The translations under genes were made by a program, and so were the position numbers. From the IMG/VR virus record IMGVR_UViG_3300043410_000581, positions 1 to 55,633 of that record: a stretch of 55,633 bases of DNA. One strand, 5' to 3'. The notes beneath the pieces are model-generated. The model was not told where the DNA came from. It worked only from the letters and a program-made list of their open reading frames with translations, and did no database searches. This document shows, piece after piece, positions 14,646 to 25,401 of this stretch. Within the stretch, counting starts at the first letter, position 1; each line of letters starts with the position of its first letter. This DNA comes from a virus (lineage: Duplodnaviria; Caudoviricetes).

Positions 14646-16610
14646 ATGACAGCACAATCATTCTCTACTGGTGGAACAACAAACAGCCCATTTACCTCTG
14701 GTGCTTCTGGTACTGACGAAGTTTCAAGATATATTCCATTCAATGACCAAAAGTCTCCATTATCTGGAGCATTCCCTGCTACAGGTACCCCAGGATATTC
14801 TACAGGTGCAGGATTACTTGGAACAGAGGTAGTAAGAAGCGATGGTCTTAGATACAGACCAATTATGTTTTATAGCTTGTCTATGCCATTTACAGCATCG
14901 TCAGCATCTATAGACCTCCAGATATCCCCAAATGCTGATGCTTCTGGTGGTACTCAAAGTGCTGGATTTACTGTAGCATCTACAGTAACCTGGGATAGAA
15001 ATGATTTAGCTACAGCAACTTCAGCACTACAGTATGCAGTTTCTCAGTGCACAACAGCAGATGCAGCATCAACATTCTATCTTGGATTTAATAAGAATGA
15101 CTCGGTAACTGTTACGTTTAGACGTGGAGCATCATCAAATACAACGATTGCACCAAACGGTATCTATGAAGATGGTGTACTTGATACAGTTAACTGGGGT
15201 GGTACAGCTCTTAGGGCAACAGTATCATGGGGACATATTCCAAACCACCCAACGTCACTTACTGCAACTACTGGTTCGGCTCCAGGTGAAGTAAATCTCT
15301 CATGGACAGCTCCAACAGACAGTGGTGGTTGGGGTATTTATGGTTACAGAATTGCATATAAGCAGGTTGGTGGAAGCACATGGTCTGTATATGGAACAAA
15401 TACATACCTGTCTCCATCTGCAACAGGTGGAACAACAGAAACTGTTCGTGGTTTAGTTCCTGGACAACAATATCAGTTTGTTGTAGCAGCATTAAATCAG
15501 GTATGCGACAGATATGCTGGACAATCAATTTATCCAGATTCTAGGTTTGCAGACTTCACATCAACTACTGCACACACAGGACAGAACTCAAACATTGTAA
15601 CAGGAACTGCTGCATCCATGCCAACAGTTGCTGCCAAGTTTGGAGTACACAACGGAACATCATTTGTAAAAACAACACCACAGGCTTATAATGGATCATC
15701 ATTCGTTAATGGAGTGCCATATGTATTTGATGGAACATATTGGCAACGATCACTAAGCATTACTGGTGGAACAGTATCCACATATACAAGCGGTGGAGTT
15801 GTTTATACTGTAAGAACTTTTACTGGAGAAGAAGAGCTTGTCATTAATGAATGCCAGGCTGGAATATCTGTTGACTATCTAGTAGTCGCAGGTGGCGGTG
15901 GAGGCGGTGGTCGCTACATGGGCGGCGGAGGCGGAGCTGGAGGAATGAGATCTGGATCCGCAACACTAACGGCAGGAGCTTATCCTATCTTTGTTGGTGC
16001 TGGTGGTGCAGGTGGTGGAACTCAAGATAGAGGACGACCAGGAAAAGATAGTTCATTTAATGGTATCGTCTCCAAAGGTGGAGGCGGTGGTGGTGCACAT
16101 ATCTGGTCTTCTGGTGGATATGCTGCTGGAATGGTTGGTGGGTCTGGAGGAGGAACATCTGGATATGCCCTGATCAACGTGCCAGCCTTTGGTGCAGCAG
16201 CAGGAACTGCAGGTCAGGGAAATGCTGGTGGTGTGGGAGCTACATATGGTGCTGGAGGAGGCGGAGGTGCTGGAGGAGTTGGATCAAACGGAACTGCTGG
16301 TAAGGGTGGAGCTGGAGGAATCGGTGCAACAAGCACAATAACTGGATCGTCTGTATATTATGCTGGCGGAGGCGGTGGAGGTTCCTATACTACTGGATCT
16401 CCTGGTGCTCTTGGTGGTACTGGTGGTGGAGGTAACGGTGCTCCAGGACCAAACACTACAGCTGGTGGAGTATCTACTGCTGGAACAAACGGTCTTGGTG
16501 GCGGTGGTGGTGGAGCCAATGGATACGGTACTGCTACAGGTGCGACAGATGGATCAAATGGCGGTAGCGGAGTTGTGATTATTAGATACGCCTCTGGCTT
16601 TACTGTATAA
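14646..16610 (+). CDS. Fibronectin type III plus glycine-rich domain virion protein
   Basis: LSWTAPTDSGG...GYRIAY FN3 motif; DYLVVAGGGGG...GGSGVVIIRY Gly-rich domain. Confidence 0.85.
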   Translation: MTAQSFSTGGTTNSPFTSGASGTDEVSRYIPFNDQKSPLSGAFPATGTPGYSTGAGLLGTEVVRSDGLRYRPIMFYSLSMPFTASSASIDLQISPNADASGGTQSAGFTVASTVTWDRNDLATATSALQYAVSQCTTADAASTFYLGFNKNDSVTVTFRRGASSNTTIAPNGIYEDGVLDTVNWGGTALRATVSWGHIPNHPTSLTATTGSAPGEVNLSWTAPTDSGGWGIYGYRIAYKQVGGSTWSVYGTNTYLSPSATGGTTETVRGLVPGQQYQFVVAALNQVCDRYAGQSIYPDSRFADFTSTTAHTGQNSNIVTGTAASMPTVAAKFGVHNGTSFVKTTPQAYNGSSFVNGVPYVFDGTYWQRSLSITGGTVSTYTSGGVVYTVRTFTGEEELVINECQAGISVDYLVVAGGGGGGGRYMGGGGGAGGMRSGSATLTAGAYPIFVGAGGAGGGTQDRGRPGKDSSFNGIVSKGGGGGGAHIWSSGGYAAGMVGGSGGGTSGYALINVPAFGAAAGTAGQGNAGGVGATYGAGGGGGAGGVGSNGTAGKGGAGGIGATSTITGSSVYYAGGGGGGSYTTGSPGALGGTGGGGNGAPGPNTTAGGVSTAGTNGLGGGGGGANGYGTATGATDGSNGGSGVVIIRYASGFTV

Positions 16611-16617
16611 TATACAT

Positions 16618-16761
16618 ATGAATACTTATAAAATTTCTATCAATGGGTTGAATGAATCATTCATTATAGATGCAGAGACAGAATCAGATGCAGTAGAGCA
16701 AGTGAAAGTATTGACTCAACTAGAAGTGTTGTCTGGAGATATCGAACTGGTTCAAAATTGA
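16618..16761 (+). CDS. Small hypothetical protein (47 aa, MNTYKISINGLNESF...)
   Basis: Manual translation; ATG 6 nt after TATAAT; overlaps the GT start. Confidence 0.6.
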   Translation: MNTYKISINGLNESFIIDAETESDAVEQVKVLTQLEVLSGDIELVQN

Positions 16762-17807
16762 AAATAGCAGTTTATACTATTGCACTTAATGAGGAACAGT
16801 TTGTAAAAGATTGGCAAGATTCTGCCAAGGAAGCAGACTACCTCCTGATAGCAGATACTGGTTCTACAGATAATACAGTTGCTATTGCAAAAAGTCTTGG
16901 AATCAACGTAATTGAGATTTCGATATCCCCTTGGAGATTTGATGATGCTCGCAATGCATCTCTAGCTTCTTTGCCAAAAGATATAGATATGTGCATATCT
17001 CTTGACATGGATGAAGTTTTGGTTCCAGGATGGCGTGAAAAACTTGAAGGTATTAAAGCAGGAACAACTCGTCCTAGATATAAATATACATGGTCATGGA
17101 CAAAAGATGGAGAGCCTGGACTTCAGTATGGGGGAGACAAGATTCACTCTCGTCATGGATACCGTTGGAAACATCCAGTGCATGAAGTTTTGGTTGCTGA
17201 CAGAATTACTGAAGTGCAAGAATGGATAAGTCTTGAAATTGAGCACTATCCAGATGAGTCAAAAAGTCGTGGACAGTATTTGCCACTACTTGAGTTGGCA
17301 GTAAGCGAGTCACCAACTGATGACAGAAACGTATACTACTTAGCACGTGAATACTTTTTCAATAGAATGTATGACAAAGCAAAGACAATGTTTGAGAATC
17401 ACCTCAGACTTCCGTCTGCAACATGGGGACCAGAAAGAGCTGCATCATATAGATATTTAGCTAAGTGTGATCCAGAGAATGCAGAGGAATGTTTAAGACG
17501 TGCATACCAAGAAGCTCCTGGTAGAAGAGAAGCTCTTGTAGAGCTTTCAGAATATTACTATAAAAAGCAAGACTGGAATAGATGCTTGTTCTATGCCATT
17601 GGTGCCCTAGAAACTAAGGAAAAGCCACTAGACTATCTTTGTGAAGACTTTGCCTGGGGGTCACTACCACACGACCTAGCAGCAATTGCAGCATATAATC
17701 TTGGGGACATTGGAGAAGCAATACGCCAAACAGAACTAGCAATGCTGACAAATAATGACCCAAGGCTAGTTTGGAATCTAAACCACTATCTGTCAATATA
17801 TAAATAG
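16758..17807 (+). CDS. Glycosyltransferase family 2 with TPR repeats
   Basis: IAVYTIALNEE, DTGSTD, FDDARN, LDMDE (DxD), VHE motifs; helical TPR-like C-terminal half. Confidence 0.9.
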   Translation: MKIAVYTIALNEEQFVKDWQDSAKEADYLLIADTGSTDNTVAIAKSLGINVIEISISPWRFDDARNASLASLPKDIDMCISLDMDEVLVPGWREKLEGIKAGTTRPRYKYTWSWTKDGEPGLQYGGDKIHSRHGYRWKHPVHEVLVADRITEVQEWISLEIEHYPDESKSRGQYLPLLELAVSESPTDDRNVYYLAREYFFNRMYDKAKTMFENHLRLPSATWGPERAASYRYLAKCDPENAEECLRRAYQEAPGRREALVELSEYYYKKQDWNRCLFYAIGALETKEKPLDYLCEDFAWGSLPHDLAAIAAYNLGDIGEAIRQTELAMLTNNDPRLVWNLNHYLSIYK

Positions 17808-17828
17808 TTATTGTGATATAATTTAGGT

Positions 17829-19250
17829 ATGCCAGAATCGTATCCTCAGTCAGGAGCAGCAAGCTTCCTGCCAATCACAATACCCTCACTAAGCGATACA
17901 GCTAACGTACAGGATGCATTCAAAAGCTTTTATTACAATGACTTTGATCCAACAGATATTAATAATACGACAGCAGATCTAAAATCTACAACAAATTCTG
18001 TAGCTTCATATTTAAGACAGCTTTTCGATGTAAAGGCTAACTATACAGACAAGCTTAGTGTTTTTGCATCTACATCATCTGCAGAATTTTATGGAGTACT
18101 TTCAGATAAGACTGGAACAGGTCTAGCAGTTTTTCAGACTAGCCCAACTCTGATTACTCCAACACTTGGTGTAGCATTAGCAACAAGCATTAATGGAACT
18201 GTAATTCCAACAAGTAAAACTCTAGTAACAACAGCAGACACTACGACAGTTACAAATACAATGCTTGCTGGATCTATTACAAATGAGAAACTTCTAAACT
18301 CAACCATTTCTGGTGTGGCTTTGGGAGCAACACTTAACGCTCTTTCTGCAGGTACAGGAATCACACTTTCTGGAGGGTACAATGGATCATCTGCAAAAAC
18401 TGTAGCAGTAGATAGTACAGTAATTAGAACAACTACTACAGCATCAAGCGGTCAGGTAATCACCTTTGACGGTGCAAACATTGTATGGAAGGCTGTAAGC
18501 GAACTTCCTGGAACAATTGAAAATGCAACCAATGCTGTTTATGCAACTAGTGCAGGTTCAGCAACAACTGCAACAACTGCAACTAATGCCATCAATACAG
18601 GAATTACAAATGATGCAGCTACATCTTCATCAGTTTATCCTACATGGGTTACAGCAAACACTGGAAACCTTCCAACAAAGACAACCTCAACAAAGCTTTC
18701 TTTCGTACCTTCAACAGGTATTCTAAGTGCTACTGGATTCAGTGGACTATTTGGTGGACTTACACTTACTGCAGTAACTACTGGATTCACGGCAGCTGGT
18801 GGAACATCAGCATCAAAGACCCTGACTGTATCTGAGTCTATTGTTCTTACATCTACAGACTCTGTAAACTCTAGAACACTTAACATTGGTCTTGGTGGAA
18901 CTCTTGGTTCCGCAGCGTTTACACCATCAACTGACTACATTGCATCATCTGTATCAAAGACAGGTACTGGAAACCTGGTATACGCTACTAGCCCTACACT
19001 TGTAACGCCAATCCTTGGAGTAGCGACTGCAACAAGCATCAACCAAACAGTTATTCCTACAAACAAAACTCTAGTAGCGACAGATACATCATCAACAATT
19101 GCAGCAAGCACAACTGGAAATGCTGCTTCAGCAACCGTGGCTACAAAGGGTGCAAGATCTGGAGCCTCGTCATACCAGCAAGTTTTTGTTTCTCAAGCAG
19201 ATCCAGCAACATATGCTACTCCTGCTGCTGGTGACATCTGGATGTGGTAG
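17829..19250 (+). CDS. Ser/Thr-rich tail fibre protein
   Basis: Repeated TGTG..VF.TSPTL.TP.LGVA.ATSIN unit; C-terminal AGDIWMW like the 12760 gene. Confidence 0.8.
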   Translation: MPESYPQSGAASFLPITIPSLSDTANVQDAFKSFYYNDFDPTDINNTTADLKSTTNSVASYLRQLFDVKANYTDKLSVFASTSSAEFYGVLSDKTGTGLAVFQTSPTLITPTLGVALATSINGTVIPTSKTLVTTADTTTVTNTMLAGSITNEKLLNSTISGVALGATLNALSAGTGITLSGGYNGSSAKTVAVDSTVIRTTTTASSGQVITFDGANIVWKAVSELPGTIENATNAVYATSAGSATTATTATNAINTGITNDAATSSSVYPTWVTANTGNLPTKTTSTKLSFVPSTGILSATGFSGLFGGLTLTAVTTGFTAAGGTSASKTLTVSESIVLTSTDSVNSRTLNIGLGGTLGSAAFTPSTDYIASSVSKTGTGNLVYATSPTLVTPILGVATATSINQTVIPTNKTLVATDTSSTIAASTTGNAASATVATKGARSGASSYQQVFVSQADPATYATPAAGDIWMW

Positions 19251-19253
19251 TAC

Positions 19254-20405
19254 ATGGTACAGTATAATGATGCTTTTAGCGGTAGAGCTAATATCAGCTT
19301 AAGGCTTACAGTAACAGAAACACCAAGCTCTAGTACAAATAGGTCCACAATTAGCTGGACACTACAGGCAGTTGAAACAGCAAGCCAGCCATCATATCTG
19401 TATGATCCAGTAGCAACAGCATCACTAACATTTACTTTTGATTCAACTGTATCTGGTCAATCACTTGTTTCTGGATACGACATGACCCCATCAATTCCAA
19501 ATTGGGAGTATGACTTTTCTGCTTCTGGAAATCAAACAAAAACATTGGGTACTGGCTCGTTTATAGTAAACCACAACACACTTGGTCAAGGAAAGATTAA
19601 GGTAACAGCGACTGCAAACGATCCTGCTGGAAACCTTGGATCCGCAACAATTACAACACAAACAATTACACTTACAGATTTTTCTATTCTTGCTGTGGCT
19701 GCTAATCCAAGTCTGGATAGGTCTGGAACAGACATTGTTGTATCAAGACCAACACCTACAACATCTACTGGTGGATCTCAGACATTCGTAACATGGCTAA
19801 GTAAGAACGGTGAGGCAGCTACAAATATTGGAACAACAACTCCAATAACAGTTACGTCATTATCTACTGACTATGCATCAGCATATGTTGTTTCATCATT
19901 TGATGGAAATACAGCTACATCATCAACTGTAAATATTTATGGTGTTCCATTTGCACCAACAGCACCAACAATATCAAATGTTGTTACAACAAGTCTCACC
20001 CTAACATGGACTGCACCTGGAAATAATGGTTCAGCAATTACTGGATATGTTATTGAAGCAAGCACAGATGATGGTGGTACATGGACAGCAATAGATACTA
20101 CAGGAACATCAACTACAAGAAATCTGACAAATCTAACAATTGCAGCAACATACACATTTAGAATTATAGCTGTAAATGGTATTGGTGCTTCAGCACCAAG
20201 TTCTGCATCAGTATCGCAGTTTATTTCTGCATATGGATATAGGTTTACATCTGGAACAACAAAGGTTGCTATAAAAACAGCAGCTAGATATACAGGTATT
20301 TCAACAGATGTCGTAACAGTTGAAGGAACAGACTACACAGGCTGGAAGCTAATGCCGAATGTTCTTAAGTATCAAAATGGTGCCTGGGTTCCGTTAGAGA
20401 CATAA
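19254..20405 (+). CDS. FN3-containing minor virion protein
   Basis: LTWTAPGNNGSAITGYVIE...YTFRIIAVNGIG FN3 motif. Confidence 0.8.
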   Translation: MVQYNDAFSGRANISLRLTVTETPSSSTNRSTISWTLQAVETASQPSYLYDPVATASLTFTFDSTVSGQSLVSGYDMTPSIPNWEYDFSASGNQTKTLGTGSFIVNHNTLGQGKIKVTATANDPAGNLGSATITTQTITLTDFSILAVAANPSLDRSGTDIVVSRPTPTTSTGGSQTFVTWLSKNGEAATNIGTTTPITVTSLSTDYASAYVVSSFDGNTATSSTVNIYGVPFAPTAPTISNVVTTSLTLTWTAPGNNGSAITGYVIEASTDDGGTWTAIDTTGTSTTRNLTNLTIAATYTFRIIAVNGIGASAPSSASVSQFISAYGYRFTSGTTKVAIKTAARYTGISTDVVTVEGTDYTGWKLMPNVLKYQNGAWVPLET

Positions 20406-20407
20406 AA

Positions 20408-20437
20408 AATACCCCCAGATATTTCACTGGGGGTATT
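20408..20437. terminator. Bidirectional intrinsic terminator between convergent genes
   Basis: AATACCCCCAG/CTGGGGGTATT inverted repeat. Confidence 0.8.
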
Positions 20438-20440
20438 CTG

Positions 20441-21067
20441 TTAGTTTGTTTCCACTATTCGTGTATATGATGCCCAAGCATTATTTTCATTAGCTACTTT
20501 ATCAACATCATCAATTACAGTATCTCTGTATGGGTTATATGCATGTAGCACTTTTCCATCTCCAATATAGATACCGATGTGAAACGAGTAATCTATGCTT
20601 CCATAGTGGAATGAAACCAGGTCTCCGATCTTTGGATGCTTAACCCTTTTACCAGATCTTGCTTCAACACTAGCTGAGTGGTATAGTTCAATACCTTGTT
20701 GTAAATAGAACCATCTAACTAGACCAGAGCAATCCCAGTAACCAGGAGTTTCTCCATATCCATATTGTGACCCTACATACTTCCTTAGCTTTTTGATTGC
20801 CTTATCCATAAGCAAGCTATTGTTGTCAAGCTTTTCTTGAAGAACTCTTTGCTTTTCAGCTTCAAGTTCTATCTTAGCTGCCTGTTCAGCAATAATACCT
20901 TCAGGCTCTTGCTTGGAAAGTAAAAGATCCATCAAAGAAACTTTGTCTGGACCTATGGTTTCATTATTTAGTTTTAGTGGTGTTGCACTAGCTGGAGAGC
21001 CAGAGCAAGTCGTAAGTGCAATTGTTAATATAAAAGCACCTACAGCAGCAAATTTTTTATTTTTCAT
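20441..21067 (-). CDS. Secreted NlpC/P60 peptidoglycan endopeptidase
   Basis: Signal peptide, coiled coil, WDCSGLV catalytic Cys, HIGIYIGDGKVLHA. Confidence 0.9.
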   Translation of the reverse strand: MKNKKFAAVGAFILTIALTTCSGSPASATPLKLNNETIGPDKVSLMDLLLSKQEPEGIIAEQAAKIELEAEKQRVLQEKLDNNSLLMDKAIKKLRKYVGSQYGYGETPGYWDCSGLVRWFYLQQGIELYHSASVEARSGKRVKHPKIGDLVSFHYGSIDYSFHIGIYIGDGKVLHAYNPYRDTVIDDVDKVANENNAWASYTRIVETN

Positions 21068-21309
21068 TGCTACCTCCTTATTTTTATGTTGTTACGGTAT
21101 TTAAAAATACCCTGGCAGACAATATTCTTCAGGTAGTAGAATATCTCCTTGAGTATGCCAGTGATGTCACTTTGTTGTTACTCTGTTTGTCACTATGTTC
21201 CTCTTAGAACAAATGACTTCCTTTCGGAAGTCGTTCTACAATTATAGCACTAATTCTTGACTATTTGCAAGTATTTGCTATAATGGTAATATAGATAAAT
21301 GGAGGACGC

Positions 21310-21534
21310 ATGTCAATCAACTTTGCAGAACTGCTAAATGCAGACCAAAAGCTAGCACTAATTGAGGGTAAGATCCAGCAATTAGCACTAGAAGGATACC
21401 AGCTACAGATTAACAAGATTGCTCTTGGCAATATAGATGGTGCACAAGAATCAATAGCAATGCTAGATGCCAATATTGCAACCATTGCAGCAGCAATCTC
21501 AGCATATCAAGAAGAACTAAATAATCTAAAATAA
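21310..21534 (+). CDS. Small coiled-coil protein
   Basis: GGAGG RBS; TGCTATAAT at 21276. Confidence 0.75.
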   Translation: MSINFAELLNADQKLALIEGKIQQLALEGYQLQINKIALGNIDGAQESIAMLDANIATIAAAISAYQEELNNLK

Positions 21535-21573
21535 AAATACTCTTGTGTGCTAAAATGGACTAGGTGATAATAA

Positions 21574-24500
21574 TTGTCTAGTCCATCAAACTTATATGCA
21601 GAAAAAATCTATGCAGAGCAGCCAATCGCACTCTGGGCATTAGATGACAGCTGTGCGTTTGCATCGTATATGCCAGACTCAAGCCTTCATCTAGAATCTT
21701 GGACAAGATCTGGAGGAACCAGCTTTGCTGCAATACCAGAAGATACAGATCCATACCCTAAAATTTCTGGTGCTAGCTACACAGAGCTTATTACCTCTGG
21801 CAACGTAACCCTGACATCTCCAACAACAATATCATCTTCAGTCAATTTTTCGGCTGGTATGTGGGTAAATCCACAGACAGCTATTACTAGTATAAAGTTT
21901 ACAGTTGGCTCACTATCAAAAGAATTTGTACTTACAGGAAGAGAAGATGAATGGATATATCTAAGCCACATCTTTGAAGTATCATCACCAGTAACAGGTC
22001 AAAATTTTGTAATTGACATTACTCACTCTGGAATAGCAGCAACAGTATATCTTAATGGATTTTCTATTGGAATAAACCAGCATCTATATGGTGCTAGTAC
22101 AGTTGGTGTACAGCTAGAGTCAGCCATTGGATCTTTGTACGGAGTAGAGGCATTTGAGTATGGTCTAGGGCAACACTCTGGATGGTACATAGGAAATAAC
22201 TCAACCAAGAAACTTTATGCAACACAATCATCTATGCCATTGGTATATGGGGCAAACCTATCAACTAAAATAATTAAAAACCCAGACGGTCCATCACTTG
22301 TTGTTCCAGGAATGGGATTCTTAAACCAATCAGCAAAAGCACAAACATTAGTCTTTGAAGCATGGATGAGAATAAGAACAGATGGTAGAGTGCAGACTAG
22401 CCCTTCAAGGATTATGGGACCAATCGCCTCAGCTGATGGACTGTATGTAGATGGGCAAAACTTAATTTTAAAAGTTGGAAAATCGTATGCATCACACTAT
22501 GTGGGCGAGTGGTTTAGACCAATGCTGGTAAATATAGAGTATACAGAAGACAATGTAAACTTGTTTATAAATGGTGAGCTTGTGGCTTTTATTGCAATTG
22601 ATGCAGTAGACCTATCTTCTATAGACGATGACTACATTGGCTTCTATGTAAACGGTAACATAGAATATATAGACATTGACTGTATAGCCGTATACCCATA
22701 TAGAATGACACCAGTTCTTGCAAAACGTAGATTTGGTTATGGTCAGGCTGTATCCCTGCCATCAGAAATTGAGACCGCATATTCTGGAAAGCAGATTCAG
22801 ATTGACTACACCTTCGCAGGGTATTCATCAGACTACTCATATCCAAAGATTGAGTCTTGGTCATCATCTACATCTGAGAACATGTCTATAGTAAAAAATA
22901 CAATGGGTTCTCCAAAGCACATAAAGCCAACCATAGTGCTATCTGACACGTTAATGAAGAGTCTTCAAGACACATCAAAGTGGGAGTCTGACCAGGCAAC
23001 AGCAAATGCAGTATCAGACACATATCCATTCATAAAGATGAACCCAACATCCGAATGGGACGGCATTAATGGATATATGTATCTAAGCTCAATGAGACAA
23101 GGAAATCTGCCAATCCCAGCATCATTCTTTGTCGTATGTGAAGCAAACTCATCATACTCTGATAAAGATCAGGTAGTCTTTAGGATTCAGGATAAAGAAA
23201 ATTTGGACAGTGTTTCAGCAGTTCTGTCTGGTACAACCCTAACATATGCATATAACGTTAGAGGGTCTCAAGGTATTTTTGCAACAAAGACAGTATCTTC
23301 TGGAGCCAAGTTTGTAGCTGGAATAGATTTTGTGTCAATTTTATCAAGTAATGACACACCAACATATGTAAAAAGATTCTTGTTATCAAGATCAAGGCTA
23401 TCTCTATTCTTTGGTGGCGATTATGCTGGATCAGATGCATCAATATCAACAACGTTTATGGGCAAGATATACAAAGCTAGCCTATGCTCTGGAATCAATT
23501 ATGTGAAACAGGAAATGTCATCATTATTTGTTTCTGGAATTGCCACGGTAACTAATGTTTCACAATTCATGGCATTAAAGTCAAGCTATGAATTTTCACT
23601 AGTAAAGCAATCATTCGCATCTGAAAATGTATACACTGCAGAAGTATCATCAATGTCATACTGGCAAGACTACATCCCATTATCAAAGTTTGCAAAGCAG
23701 ATTACCTTGGAGAACGGAACAGTTAGCTATGTAACGGATATGATTCAGATATCTCTAGACGTTGCACAATCATCAAAAATAACATCTGGTAAAATAGATT
23801 CATCAAGCATGAATGTAAAGACATATGTGTATTTCTTTAATTCACAAACTGCTAGACTGCTAGCGTCATTCTCTGAAAATGTTGGAATGTCAACAGTTCT
23901 TCTAAACTCAAATAAGGTAATAGATGCACGATCAAGTTGGATGAATAAAAGGTTTGAGGTTGTAGACGGAACGGTGATCCTTCCACCACAAACTGGTCAA
24001 TCAGACATCTACATGGCAACGGTAGTTGAAACATACACTAAGTCAGTAGATAGACTACCAGTTAAAATAAGATCTATTGAATATGCTGCACAAACATTCA
24101 ATAGAAAGACATCACCAAGCTTCAATAAGGTATATGCTAAAAAGATTGGGACAAGGTCTCAAACATCTGACATTTACATGTATGCAGAATCTGCTGGAAC
24201 CTATGACTATTCAGCATATAACCCAGTAGCAATATCTAAGACAATGTCTCCGTACCTATACCTGACTAATAAGACTGGCATCAAAGTTCTTGACTCATAC
24301 TCAACATCAAATGATCGTGGCATCTATATTCCAGTAAACCCAAATGCAGATAAGCAATATGTTGTCTCATTGCTTTCTATGTACCTATTGTTCAATGACC
24401 AGCAATTCTCTAGTGAGATGACAATAGCTGAAGTATACGATGTACGATATTCAAAACTTAGAATTGTAGCAAAAGCAACTAATGATTCAAAGGTTGCAAA

Positions 24501-25011
24501 GATTTCAGTACTTCAGTACGTATCAGGTTCTTGGGTAGAACTTTCAAATATTGAAATGTACGTAAATGGAGTCTACACCGCATCTCCAACAATATCTGCT
24601 GGGGAATGGGCAAACATTGGAATTCTATTTATATCTAATCCACTAGACTTCTCTAACAGCTCAGAGCATAAGATTGAAATTGTTGGAAGCATTTTGGTAA
24701 ACAACATATCGTACTACCAGCTAAGACCAGAAGAGCTTGCACAGCAGCTTCTTCCAAATGAGTGGAATGACTATGATACAGAATATCTTTGGAGTCAAAC
24801 AGATACAGAAAAGACATGGTCACAGATAGCAGCCTCTGAGGCGTTTACAAGACCAGAGCTTTCTCCACAAACTATTTCTAAGATTTACAGTGGAACAAAT
24901 AGAATTTTGGCAACATCAGACACAGATCTGTCTGGTATTTCGTTAACAGGATACAAGTATGATGTCATTAATGATATTGTTTGGCAGAATAGTATTAACA
25001 TAGTCACATAG
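21574..25011 (+). CDS. Large minor tail protein with LamG/ConA-like domain
   Basis: EQPIALWALDD N-terminus; FEAWMR...NLFINGELV LamG-like pattern. Confidence 0.75.
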   Translation: MSSPSNLYAEKIYAEQPIALWALDDSCAFASYMPDSSLHLESWTRSGGTSFAAIPEDTDPYPKISGASYTELITSGNVTLTSPTTISSSVNFSAGMWVNPQTAITSIKFTVGSLSKEFVLTGREDEWIYLSHIFEVSSPVTGQNFVIDITHSGIAATVYLNGFSIGINQHLYGASTVGVQLESAIGSLYGVEAFEYGLGQHSGWYIGNNSTKKLYATQSSMPLVYGANLSTKIIKNPDGPSLVVPGMGFLNQSAKAQTLVFEAWMRIRTDGRVQTSPSRIMGPIASADGLYVDGQNLILKVGKSYASHYVGEWFRPMLVNIEYTEDNVNLFINGELVAFIAIDAVDLSSIDDDYIGFYVNGNIEYIDIDCIAVYPYRMTPVLAKRRFGYGQAVSLPSEIETAYSGKQIQIDYTFAGYSSDYSYPKIESWSSSTSENMSIVKNTMGSPKHIKPTIVLSDTLMKSLQDTSKWESDQATANAVSDTYPFIKMNPTSEWDGINGYMYLSSMRQGNLPIPASFFVVCEANSSYSDKDQVVFRIQDKENLDSVSAVLSGTTLTYAYNVRGSQGIFATKTVSSGAKFVAGIDFVSILSSNDTPTYVKRFLLSRSRLSLFFGGDYAGSDASISTTFMGKIYKASLCSGINYVKQEMSSLFVSGIATVTNVSQFMALKSSYEFSLVKQSFASENVYTAEVSSMSYWQDYIPLSKFAKQITLENGTVSYVTDMIQISLDVAQSSKITSGKIDSSSMNVKTYVYFFNSQTARLLASFSENVGMSTVLLNSNKVIDARSSWMNKRFEVVDGTVILPPQTGQSDIYMATVVETYTKSVDRLPVKIRSIEYAAQTFNRKTSPSFNKVYAKKIGTRSQTSDIYMYAESAGTYDYSAYNPVAISKTMSPYLYLTNKTGIKVLDSYSTSNDRGIYIPVNPNADKQYVVSLLSMYLLFNDQQFSSEMTIAEVYDVRYSKLRIVAKATNDSKVAKISVLQYVSGSWVELSNIEMYVNGVYTASPTISAGEWANIGILFISNPLDFSNSSEHKIEIVGSILVNNISYYQLRPEELAQQLLPNEWNDYDTEYLWSQTDTEKTWSQIAASEAFTRPELSPQTISKIYSGTNRILATSDTDLSGISLTGYKYDVINDIVWQNSINIVT

Positions 25012-25029
25012 TATGGTATACTAGTGGTT

Positions 25030-25401
25030 ATGGATAAAGTAATACAGGGACCACTTGGTAAGACTCGTGTGAGAGTTATAGAGGAGAAGTTCTCCGATGC
25101 AGGTATTTACGTATGGCAGCTGCCTTCAGGTAAGTACTTCACAGACGGCGAAGGTAGTGCATTGAGCATCGAATCAATGATTAACGATACCGCCAAGATT
25201 AAAGAATTGACAGAAGCAGCAGCATACTATGGTCAGCCAGAAGGTAAGCCAGTATTCTTCTCAAACATTCGTAAAATTTCAGATGAAGAATACACAGAGC
25301 AACAGGACAGAATGGCACAGGGATTCATCCCATCTGCAAATGACTTAGGTGCCCTGATCGCTGCAAAGAATACACATGACATGTATGGAAGTGAAGACTA
25401 A
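25030..25401 (+). CDS. Hypothetical protein upstream of portal
   Basis: ORF; ATG 7 nt after TGGTATACT; stop overlaps portal start. Confidence 0.75.
   Translation: MDKVIQGPLGKTRVRVIEEKFSDAGIYVWQLPSGKYFTDGEGSALSIESMINDTAKIKELTEAAAYYGQPEGKPVFFSNIRKISDEEYTEQQDRMAQGFIPSANDLGALIAAKNTHDMYGSED

Noticed and set aside
21068-21240. c-di-AMP (ydaO) riboswitch upstream of NlpC/P60
   Set aside because: Context fits, but I could not match the conserved ydaO sequence blocks by eye; kept only as an unassigned structured leader.
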